Shown: positions 19,583-28,300 of the stretch, piece after piece | Numbering within the stretch: position 1 is the first letter of the stretch | Layout: each line of letters opens with the position of its first letter | Source of the DNA: Candidatus Binatia bacterium | GTDB taxonomy: Bacteria; Desulfobacterota; Binatia; HRBIN30 | Assembly: GCA_038245295.1 (NCBI GenBank) | Contig: JBBRSP010000014.1 | Location: 75,464 to 139,463, forward strand | DNA length: 64,000 bases | Reading direction: 5' to 3' | The notes under the pieces: model-generated | What the model saw: only the letters and a program-made list of their open reading frames with translations | What the model was told of the DNA's origin: nothing | Databases searched by the model: none | Translations under genes and position numbers: made by a program

Positions 19583-20686
19583 TCAAGGTACCGAACGAGG
19601 CGGTTGTCCCACAGGTGCGGCCGTGCCCAGTCGCTCACGACCGTACGAATTCTCCTGCACGGCAGAACACCAGTCGCGATGCGTGAGGTACCAGGCGATC
19701 GTACGCCGTAGGGCGGCGGCAAACTCGAATTGGGGCGCCCAGCCGAGTTCGGTGCGAATCTTGCGCGCATCGACGGCGTAACGGCGGTCATGTCCTGGGC
19801 GATCGCTGACAAAACGCTTCAGCTCGCCGTGCCGGCGCATACCGCGAGCGCGCAGCGACGTGCTGTCGGGAACGAGGTCATCGAGAATGCCGCACAGTTG
19901 ATCGACCAGATCAACGTTGCGCAGCTCATTGCCGGCTCCGATGTTGTACTTCTCACCGAGGCGTCCACGCTGCAGGACCGCCAGGATGCCGAGGCAATGA
20001 TCCTCGACGTAGAGCCAATCGCGAATGTTGCCGCCGTCGCCGTAGATCGGCAGATCCTTGGCCTCGAGGGCGTTCAAGACGGTGAGAGGAATGAGCTTTT
20101 CGGGGAATTGATACGGACCGAAGTTGTTCGAGCAGTTGGTGATCAACACCGGCAAGCCGTAGGTCGCGAAGTAGGCACGTGCCAGATGATCTGCCGCCGC
20201 CTTGGAGGCCGAGTAGGGCGAGCTTGGCGCATACGGAGTTGTTTCGCTGAACTCGCCGCTGGCCCCAAGGGATCCGTAGACCTCGTCGGTCGACACGTGC
20301 AGGAAGCGACAACTCGCAACCTCGGCCGGATTGTCCTTCAGATGTTGGCGCGTCGCCTCCAGCAGCTCGAACGTGCCGACGGTGTTCGTCTCGACGAAAG
20401 CGCGCGGACCATCGATGGAGCGATCGACGTGTGACTCGGCGGCGAAGTTGACGATCCACTGTGGGTGGTGTTGCGCGAACAGCTGCCGGAGCAAGGCCGC
20501 GTCGGCGATATCGCCTTGGACAAACGTGTAGCGCGGATCCGCCGAGACGTCGGCGAGATTGAGCAGATTGCCGGCGTAGGTGAGCTTATCGAGGACGATC
20601 ACACGCTCGGCGCCTGTGGCCAACAGGAGGCGCACGAAGTTGCAGCCAATGAAGCCGGCGCCGCCGGTGACCAGGATGGATTGCAT
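19583..20686 (-). CDS. rfbB: dTDP-glucose 4,6-dehydratase
   Basis: TGGAGFIG, DKLTYAGN, AAESHVDRSI, STDEVYG, YSASK, DRPGHDRRY. Confidence 0.96.
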   Translation of the reverse strand: MQSILVTGGAGFIGCNFVRLLLATGAERVIVLDKLTYAGNLLNLADVSADPRYTFVQGDIADAALLRQLFAQHHPQWIVNFAAESHVDRSIDGPRAFVETNTVGTFELLEATRQHLKDNPAEVASCRFLHVSTDEVYGSLGASGEFSETTPYAPSSPYSASKAAADHLARAYFATYGLPVLITNCSNNFGPYQFPEKLIPLTVLNALEAKDLPIYGDGGNIRDWLYVEDHCLGILAVLQRGRLGEKYNIGAGNELRNVDLVDQLCGILDDLVPDSTSLRARGMRRHGELKRFVSDRPGHDRRYAVDARKIRTELGWAPQFEFAAALRRTIAWYLTHRDWCSAVQENSYGRERLGTAAPVGQPPRSVP

Positions 20687-20754
20687 CGGTTGGTTAGGTA
20701 ACGGGAATGGGGGGGGAGGTCCACTGGTTTTGGGGTGGGGTGCTTTTGGGGCCG

Positions 20755-20790
20755 ATAGGAACGATGGGAAGAATGGGAGTCATGGAATTG
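20755..20790 (+). repeat. 9-bp tandem repeats (ATAGGAACG ATGGGAAGA ATGGGAGTC ATGGAATTG) downstream of the four-helix-bundle gene
   Basis: Direct reading of period-9 ATRGGA units. Confidence 0.6.
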
Positions 20791-20806
20791 GCGGGAAGGA
20801 TGTGGG

Positions 20807-21457
20807 CTATGGATTGCGGGCGCGGTGGGCTTGGCGGGCTTTGGTCATGCGTTCGCGTAGGCCTCCTTGTTCTAGAAAATCTTGCTCCAGGCGGCGTAGT
20901 TGTTGGTCGATGAGGTAACTGGTCTGATGGATGAGACAGATGGCTATGTTAGCCACCACGGCAGGCGGGCGGGTTTCGACGAAGGCGCGGTATAGCTCGT
21001 AGGTTTGTGGGGTCTTGCGTCCCAGGGTGCGCACGTACTGCGCCTCTTTGGAGTCTTTGTCCCAGATCGGCAGGTCGCGGGCTCGCAAGTAATCTTTGTA
21101 GTCGTCGAGCACTTCTTCCAGGCTGGCTCTAGCGACATTCGTGAGCTTGAGCTCCATCTCTTTCGATGCTCGGCCGGCTTTGCTGCCCTCGAGGATGTTC
21201 TTCTTGCCCGAGCGCGCCGCCTGGATCATCTGGTCGATGGTGCGGTCGCCGCGCGACAGGAACTTGTGAGCAAAGCGATAGGTGAGATCGTAGACGACTT
21301 CGGCTTTTTGGAAGGACAACAGGGTTTGGTAGTCGCCGCGCGGTGGCAGGAGGCGAGTCGGCTCATGCGAGGGATGGGAAGGATGCGATGCATGTCCGCC
21401 ATTCTTCCCCTGCCTCCCATCCTTCCCATTGGTTGCCGTCGCCACAAAGGCCACCAT
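20807..21457 (-). CDS. Four helix bundle protein with C-terminal suffix domain; start uncertain
   Basis: Y..L.SFQKA..VYD.T, RT.DQMIQAARSGK.NI.EG, ARASLEE...DY.DYL and the suffix FLEQGGLRERM. Confidence 0.88.
   Translation of the reverse strand: MVAFVATATNGKDGRQGKNGGHASHPSHPSHEPTRLLPPRGDYQTLLSFQKAEVVYDLTYRFAHKFLSRGDRTIDQMIQAARSGKKNILEGSKAGRASKEMELKLTNVARASLEEVLDDYKDYLRARDLPIWDKDSKEAQYVRTLGRKTPQTYELYRAFVETRPPAVVANIAICLIHQTSYLIDQQLRRLEQDFLEQGGLRERMTKARQAHRARNP
21374..21429. repeat. 12-bp perfect inverted repeat ATGGGAAGGATG/CATCCTTCCCAT built from 9-mer units at the 5' end of the four-helix-bundle gene
   Basis: 21374-21385 pairs with 21418-21429. Confidence 0.7.
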
Positions 21458-21504
21458 CCGCAACCGCCGCTGCCAAGCAATGGCTGCATCGCATCGATGC
21501 AACC

Positions 21505-22407
21505 TCAGTGCTGGTTCAAACAGCTCTGCGGCAACCCGAGACGCTTGCACGCATCCGCCGGCGGACTTCCCGGAAGCACCACATAGTCGGCGAGCACTCC
21601 GAGTGAGCGGATGATACTGGGCTCGATCGCGCCGAGGCCGAAGCTGGCATCCAGGCCGAGCCGATCACGTACCCACCCTGGCGTGATCTCGACAGCGGCG
21701 CGAATGAGCATCGACTGCACACCGCCGAGCGGCCACGGAAAGATCGGCGTGCGGTGCAGGATCTCCAGAAATTCGAAAACAATCTCGGAACGCTCGAGCT
21801 TTGGACCCATGGCCTGCATCAGCTCATCCATCGCCGCACACGAGCTGGGCGCAGCAAGAGCACCATAGAGACGCGCCGCCTGCGAACCTTCCTTATAGAA
21901 GGCATCGCGATCGGCAGCGCCGAGCGGACGCACGAAACGGCAATACGCTTCGAGAAAGCCGAAGCTGGCGGTTGCCTGGACCCAATCGAGAAGCTCCGGA
22001 TCATCGGCGCGATAGGCGACGCCGTCGGGCGTCGTGCCTTGCACACGCGCGTGCATGCGGCCGATGCCGGCGATCATCTTCTCGGCGGTGCGCCGCGGTC
22101 CGTAGACGGTGACCATCGCGGCGATGCCGGTGCGTTGCATGCGCGCCAACGGATCGGTGCGGAAACTGGTGTGATCCCAGACGCCGCTACGGACCCGCGG
22201 CTCGGCGAGCTCGAGGATGACGGCGCTTATGCCACCGATGAACAAGCCGATGGGGTTCTTGAAAACCTGCCAGGTCACACCGCCCGCCGGTGCCAGCGAC
22301 TCTTCCCCGGCCGGGCCGCTGAAGTCGATGTCCAAACCCTTCGGTGGCGGCGGCATGGCGCGCCGCATGATCTCGCGCAGGCTTGTCGGGATCGGGCCGA
22401 TGCTCAT
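21505..22407 (-). CDS. MpaB/DUF2236 oxygenase-family protein
   Basis: GG..A..L.LAEPRV..GV.DH, DP..R..RT, H.RV.G and YRADDPELLDWV. Confidence 0.87.
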   Translation of the reverse strand: MSIGPIPTSLREIMRRAMPPPPKGLDIDFSGPAGEESLAPAGGVTWQVFKNPIGLFIGGISAVILELAEPRVRSGVWDHTSFRTDPLARMQRTGIAAMVTVYGPRRTAEKMIAGIGRMHARVQGTTPDGVAYRADDPELLDWVQATASFGFLEAYCRFVRPLGAADRDAFYKEGSQAARLYGALAAPSSCAAMDELMQAMGPKLERSEIVFEFLEILHRTPIFPWPLGGVQSMLIRAAVEITPGWVRDRLGLDASFGLGAIEPSIIRSLGVLADYVVLPGSPPADACKRLGLPQSCLNQH

Positions 22408-22476
22408 TCGGGAAACTCCTTCCACATGGTGCGGCGCCCATCTAGCTCGGCGACATTCGCGTTAGAAGAGTCCCTT

Positions 22477-22826
22477 GTCGTCCCGGAGAAGACCGGGACC
22501 CGGTGCTGGAATCGACACCGCGCGTCAGGCATGGTTTCCATCACTGGATCCCGGCCTTCGAGACTGTCGATAAACTGAATTGGAGCAACGTCATCCTGGC
22601 GAAAGAGACTGTAGGAGAACCAAGGTGGAGCAACGTCATCCCGCCGAAGGAGTGTGTCGGTAAAACCAAAATGGAGCGACGTCATCCCGGTGAAAACCGG
22701 GATCTCCCCCTGCTGGAAGCCTCGAAAGCTGGCGAGATACCGGCTTTCGCCGGTATGACGGAGGTGTTTGAGCAGATTCAAAGGATGAATCAGAGACAAT
22801 CGACAGTCTCCTTCGCCGGGATGACG
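22477..22826. repeat. REP-like palindromic element (GTCGTCCCGG...CTGGATCCCGGC-CTTC-GCCGGGATGACG) interrupted by a nested MITE array
   Basis: The same outer element occurs at 34114-34373; CTTC is duplicated at 22556-22559 and 22811-22814. Confidence 0.8.
22560..22810 (+). mobile_element. Non-autonomous MITE array: two 45-bp left-end units (22560-22604, 22605-22649) plus one complete 161-bp MITE (22650-22810)
   Basis: Terminal inverted repeats GAGACTGTCGAT/ATCGACAGTCTC, 4-bp flanking duplication CTTC, internal REP CGTCATCCCGG...CCGGTATGACG. Confidence 0.75.
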
Positions 22827-22843
22827 AACGGGAGGATCGCTTA

Positions 22844-23683
22844 ATGAAGCTCGGACTCTTCGGAATCAACGTCGGACCCAACGCCAACCCCGCTACCGCC
22901 ATGAAAGTCGCCCAGGCCGCCGAGGCTGCCGGCCTCGAGTCGCTGTGGACCGGCGAGCATGTCGTGTTGCCCGATCCGCAGGCGCCGCCCTCCCCTACGC
23001 CACCCGAGACGCCGTTCCTCGACCCGGCGGTTTCCCTTGCGTTCCTGGCCGGGGGCACCAAGACGATCCGCCTCGGTACCGGCATCATCATCCTGCCGCA
23101 GCGTAATCCGGTGGTGCTGGCCAAGGAGATGGCCAGCGTCGACGTGGTCTCCAACGGTCGTCTGATCTTCGGTGTCGGCATCGGCTACCTGAAGCCGGAG
23201 TTCGACGCCATCGGTGCTCCGTTCGAGCACAAGGGTTCACGCACCGTCGACTTTCTCGGCGCCATGCGCGCTCTCTGGACAATGGAGAAGCCGGCGTACG
23301 AGGGTCGGTTCGTGCGCTTCAGCGGCATCCAAGCGTTCCCACGCCCGGTGCAACAACCGCACCCACCCATCGTCATGGGTGGCCACACTCCGGCGGCGTT
23401 TCAACGAGCCGTGCAACACGCCGATGGCTGGTACGGTTTCGCGTTGAGTCTGGAGACGACCAAGCAGTGCATCGCCGGCCTCGCTGCCGCCGCTGCCAAG
23501 CAACCGCGGCCGGCTCACCTGGGCGAGCTTGAGATCAGCGTTACGCCGGCGGCTAAGCTCGAGGCGGCGACGGTCGACGCTTTTGCCGAGCTTGGTGTGC
23601 ATCGGCTCATCGTGTCGCGGTGGGCGACGACGGATGCCGAGGCGCTCGCGGCGGTTGATTACATCGCCAAACTCGCGCGGTAG
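22844..23683 (+). CDS. LLM-class (luciferase-like), probably F420-dependent oxidoreductase
   Basis: SLWTGEH, LGTGIIILPQRNP, GRL..GVG.GY...EF and PRPVQ.PHPPI. Confidence 0.9.
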   Translation: MKLGLFGINVGPNANPATAMKVAQAAEAAGLESLWTGEHVVLPDPQAPPSPTPPETPFLDPAVSLAFLAGGTKTIRLGTGIIILPQRNPVVLAKEMASVDVVSNGRLIFGVGIGYLKPEFDAIGAPFEHKGSRTVDFLGAMRALWTMEKPAYEGRFVRFSGIQAFPRPVQQPHPPIVMGGHTPAAFQRAVQHADGWYGFALSLETTKQCIAGLAAAAAKQPRPAHLGELEISVTPAAKLEAATVDAFAELGVHRLIVSRWATTDAEALAAVDYIAKLAR

Positions 23684-23706
23684 GGGCGGTTCCCGAACCG
23701 CCCTAC
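23680..23706. repeat. GTAG-type REP hairpin GTAGGGGCGGTTC-CC-GAACCGCCCTAC between convergent genes (could also act as a terminator)
   Basis: Palindrome read directly; overlaps both stop codons. Confidence 0.7.
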
Positions 23707-25256
23707 GCCAGCATTGATGCACAGGCGTCAGCGACACGCACGCCATCAAGCGCCGCCGAGACGATCCCACCGGCATACCCCGCCCCTTCACCACATGGGT
23801 AGAGACCCGGCACGTCCGGATGTTGCAACGACACGTTGTCTCGCGGAATCCGCACCGGCGAACTGGTGCGTGTCTCGACGCCAACGACAACGGCTTCCTC
23901 GGTGAGGTAGCCGCGCATCATCGAACCGAAGCGTTTCAGTCCGCCGCGCAGGCGCGTCGCCATCCCCGGCGGCAACAGCTCGTGCAGCGGCGCCGACGTC
24001 AGCCCGGGGTGATAGCTGCTCCTGGGCAGTGAACTAGACAGTTCACCCGCGACAAAATCAATCAGACGCTGCGCGGGCGCGCGCTGCTGACCACCACCGG
24101 CCGTGAATGCCATCGTCTCGAGTGTTCGTTGCAGCTCGACGCCGGCCATTGCCCCTGTCGCGCCCGCGGGCAGGTCCGCCAACTCGGTGGCAACCACAAC
24201 TCCCGAGTTGGCGAACGGCGAGTCGCGACGCGATAGGCTCATACCGTTGACCACAACTTCATCCGGAGCCGTCGCCGACGGGACGATAAACCCGCCTGGG
24301 CACATGCAAAACGAAAACACTCCACGCTCGTCGACCGTCGCCGCAAGCCGATAGCTGGCGGCCGGCAGGCGGCGATCCATGTTGCCGTGATACTGGATCG
24401 AATCGATCAGGGGTTGCGGATGTTCGACGCGCACACCTGCAGCAAAAGCCTTCGCTTCGATGAGAATGCTGCGCTGCTGGAGCAGTGTGAAGATGTCGCG
24501 GGCGGAGTGTCCAGTCGCAAGCACAACTGCAGCGCCACGAACTTCGTGTCCATCAGCGGTGCTTACACCAATCGCCCTACCGCTAGCATCGATCAGCAGA
24601 TCGCTCACCCTGACGCCGAAGTGCACCTCGCCGCCGGCGGCGAGAATGCTTTCGCGCATCGCCGTGACAACCTTGGGAAGTCGATTCGAGCCAATATGCG
24701 GATGAGCGTCGATCAAGATGTCCGGCGGCGCACCATGCGCCACCAACGTCTGCAGAACCGCCTCGACGTTGCCGCGTTTGGTGGCGCGCGTGTAGAGTTT
24801 GCCGTCGGAATAGGTCCCGGCACCGCCTTCGCCGAAGCAATAGTTACTATCGGGATCGACGATGCCCTCGCCCTGCAGTGATGCCAGATCGCGGCGACGT
24901 GCCTGTACATCTTTCCCGCGTTCGAGAATGATCGGTTTGATCCCATGCTCGATGAGTTGCAGGGCGGCAAACATACCGGCCGGCCCACAACCAACGATGA
25001 CGACCGACCGCGTCGTCGTGACATGTTTGTAGTGCGGCTGGGGCAACGGCTCGTCCGGGGCCGGTTCGACGATGTAGACGTCGACCTGCAGGCGAATGAC
25101 CACGCGGGCATGACGCGCATCGACCGAACGCTTGCGGATGCGCACAGCACGGATGTCTTCGACGCATCGGCCAAGCAGTCGCGCCGCCTGACGGCGCTGC
25201 TCTTCGACATCGTCGGCGTGATCGAGATCGAGCTTGAGCTCCACACTCAGCGGCAT
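23703..25256 (-). CDS. FAD-dependent oxidoreductase (uncharacterised NAD(FAD)-utilising dehydrogenase family)
   Basis: IVGCGPAG, FGEGGAGTYSDGKL, FCMCPGG, GVETRTSSP and GEGAGYAGGI.SAA.DG. Confidence 0.9.
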   Translation of the reverse strand: MPLSVELKLDLDHADDVEEQRRQAARLLGRCVEDIRAVRIRKRSVDARHARVVIRLQVDVYIVEPAPDEPLPQPHYKHVTTTRSVVIVGCGPAGMFAALQLIEHGIKPIILERGKDVQARRRDLASLQGEGIVDPDSNYCFGEGGAGTYSDGKLYTRATKRGNVEAVLQTLVAHGAPPDILIDAHPHIGSNRLPKVVTAMRESILAAGGEVHFGVRVSDLLIDASGRAIGVSTADGHEVRGAAVVLATGHSARDIFTLLQQRSILIEAKAFAAGVRVEHPQPLIDSIQYHGNMDRRLPAASYRLAATVDERGVFSFCMCPGGFIVPSATAPDEVVVNGMSLSRRDSPFANSGVVVATELADLPAGATGAMAGVELQRTLETMAFTAGGGQQRAPAQRLIDFVAGELSSSLPRSSYHPGLTSAPLHELLPPGMATRLRGGLKRFGSMMRGYLTEEAVVVGVETRTSSPVRIPRDNVSLQHPDVPGLYPCGEGAGYAGGIVSAALDGVRVADACASMLA

Positions 25257-25355
25257 CGCGGCCAGTCTTAACGACACGCGTGGCGCCAAGCCACCTGAGG
25301 CGCGTATCGTGAGCAATGAGTCACAGTGTGCCGCCCCGAGTCACGCCAACCAACC

Positions 25356-28300
25356 ATGGGATATCTGCACCTGAGGCAAGTTGTTCGCTTCATTACTTCC
25401 CTGGCCGCCGCCGCCCTTCTGGCGCACGCGATCACTCATCCGGCGGCCGCCACCCCTGTGAAGACTCACCCGCGCTTGTGGGTGAGAGCTTCCGACATCC
25501 CCGAGTTGCAGAGTCGTATGGTCCCCACCAACCCGCTATGGGTGTCCTTCAACAGTTTCGTGCAGACCGCGCTGGCCGACTACCAGAACGGCAAGGTCCC
25601 GAATCTCGACCCGGGCTGGCACACCGGCAACATCCCCTACACTTCCGAGCTTTGGGGTATGGTCTTCGCGTTCATGTCGCTGATCGAGCCGAACGCGACG
25701 CAGAAGCAGATGTACACGACGGCGGCCAAGGACTGCCTGATGCACATCATCAACCAGGCCTATCTCGGACCCGGCACCCCAGACGCCAACGGCAACTACC
25801 CGCCGTTCCGCCACCCCGATTTCCCGAATGCCGATCGCGGCTTCTATAATGAAGCGTTCCCCCTGATGGTCGACTGGCTACAAGCGCAGCCGGGGGTCCT
25901 GACGGCCGACGACCTCGGCAAGATCCGCAAGACCTTCCTCTGGTGGGCCCTGTCTTCAGAGTCCGCCGTCTACTTTTCGCCGAACAACCCCAATCACCTC
26001 GTCAACGATCCGACCCTGCTGCACCTGACGCCGCCGGCATCGTCGTACGACATCGACAATCGCGCCGTGCCGCGCGACGCCCTCAACAACCACTACGCCA
26101 ACCGGCTGCGCATGCAGATCATGATGGCCCTTGCATTCGATCCGGCCAACGACGTGTCGGTAGCCCCCGGCGACATCGACACGCCGGGCGCCCTTACCGG
26201 ATACATCGTCGGTCCGGGCGGCCCGGCCGACTGGCTCTACCAGAACAAAGGCTACCTCCGCCTCGGCACGGGGAGCTGGTTGTATTTGACGGACTACGGT
26301 CTGCGTCACGACACCGGCAACGGCATGTCGCCGGAGGGTCTGGAGTACATGTCGAATGGCCTCGGACCCATCGCCTTCGCCATGCTGATGCTGCAGACAG
26401 CCGGCCAGGACGATCCGAATCAGTGGGGGCCACAAGTCGTGCTCAACGGTCATCCCTTCTGGAAGGACAGCGTCGATGCCTTCTTACATCAGTTGCCGCC
26501 GTCGACTCGCTTCGTCAAAGACTACGAACATGTCGGGCCGAGCTTCGACATGGCCTGGTATGGCGACGGCGAGAATTACGTCCAGAATGATCAATACATC
26601 AAAGTCCTGGCGCCGCTGGCGCTGGCCGACCAATACCGCACCGGCAACATCAACGAACCGCGCACGCAAGCCGTGCGTTACATCGAGCAGTACCTCGCGC
26701 CGGGCGGTGCGGCCAAATTCGCCAGTCGCATCACATCCAATTACGGCAACCGCACCTTCCGCGATGCGATTCAGCAGTTCTTGCTTTACGACCCGGACGC
26801 CGCCGCGCCGACCGATCCGCGCCTGAGCCTCCCGAACACGGTCTTCTCCGCCTTCAATCCAGCCGGAACCATGGGTTCTATCCACTCGCGCACCGGCCTC
26901 GGCGAGAACCAGAGTTACTTCGACTACCGCCTCGGCTGGATGCGCATCGATCATCAGCACGGCGACGGCAATAGCTTTGAGCTGTGGCGCAATGGCGTGT
27001 GGCTCACCAAGCGCTCGATCGGTTACGGCGCCGTCGCGTCGAATGCCGACTACAACAACGCCTTCACGATCCAGAACAACACGCTGCCGATCAACGATAC
27101 GTTCGAGAATCACAAGACGGCCAATCGCCATGGCTCGCAGTACACGTACAGCCAGGCCGCCGACCCGGCGCTGGTCGCCAAGAGTCTGGCGCAGAATTTT
27201 CTCTACGTCAGCGGCGACGCCAGCGGTCTCTACAATATCTATTCAGACGCGGTCATCAACGACGTGCAACACGCCAGCCGCTCCATCGTCTGGTTGAAAC
27301 CCGATTACGTGGTCGTCTACGACCGCGCCACGACGGCCACCGCCGGCCGTTTCAAACGCTTCTGGCTGTCGCTCTCCGACGTGCCACAGATCAGCGGCAA
27401 CACGACACACACGACAGTAACCGACACACACTACGTGAGCGGCGTTCTCACCAGCACACCGAAGGCGGAGCTCTTCACAACGACGCTGCTGCCCGTCGGC
27501 GCGACTCTGTCGACCGACTTGCGTCGCCAGATGACCTACAGCTGTCAGCTTGCCGATCACTCGACGGTGGACTGCGACACGCCGGCGGCAAGCCAATGCG
27601 TCTATGCCGACAGCGCGACCGGTCGATGCAATTGTCCGGCCCAGGGATCGCTACCGCCCGAGTGGAACGGCACGTGTCCCTGTCAATGTGGCGACCAGAC
27701 AGCCGCCGGCGAACCGATGGATGTTCGCCTGCGCGTCGACGCACCAGGTGGTCCGGCCAACAGCCGCTTCCTCAATGTTCTGCAGAGTAGTGATCTCGGA
27801 GCGACGCAAAACACGGCCAGCAGCATCACCTCGTCGTCTGGCAACGCCTACGACGGCGCCGTGGTCAACAACGCGGTGGTGCTATTTCCGGTGAACCTGG
27901 ACACGGCGTTTGCCGGTATGACTTACAGCGTCCCGAACACGACGACCGGACATCTCATCACGGGGCTCACCTCCAACGCGGTCTATTACGTCACCCAACA
28001 AACCAATGGCGGAATGACCACGGTGACGGTGAACCCGAGTGCTCCGGGAACCCAGGCGATCACGGACAGTGGCGGCGTGCTCGTCCTCGGGTCGATCGAG
28101 CCGGCCAACGTCAGTATTGTCGCCACCGACCCCAACGGCGCCGAAGCCGACAGCGATCCGCTTTCCTTCACGATCAATCGCAGCGGTAGCACGGCGGCAG
28201 CGCTCGTCGTTCACTACTCGCTGAGCGGGACGGCCACCAACGGCAGCGACTACGGAACACTCAACGGTGCCATCACCATCGCGGCAGAAAGTGTCAGCGC

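Noticed and set aside
20807..21457. Four-helix-bundle protein as the Avd of a diversity-generating retroelement
   Set aside because: I saw no reverse transcriptase and no TR/VR repeat pair differing at adenines in the window.
22560..22695. Three 45-bp-period units sharing TGGAGCRACGTCATCC could look like a mini CRISPR array
   Set aside because: The variable parts are short and homologous to each other and to the MITE end, not unique spacers, and there are no cas genes. Nested MITE ends explain the pattern better.
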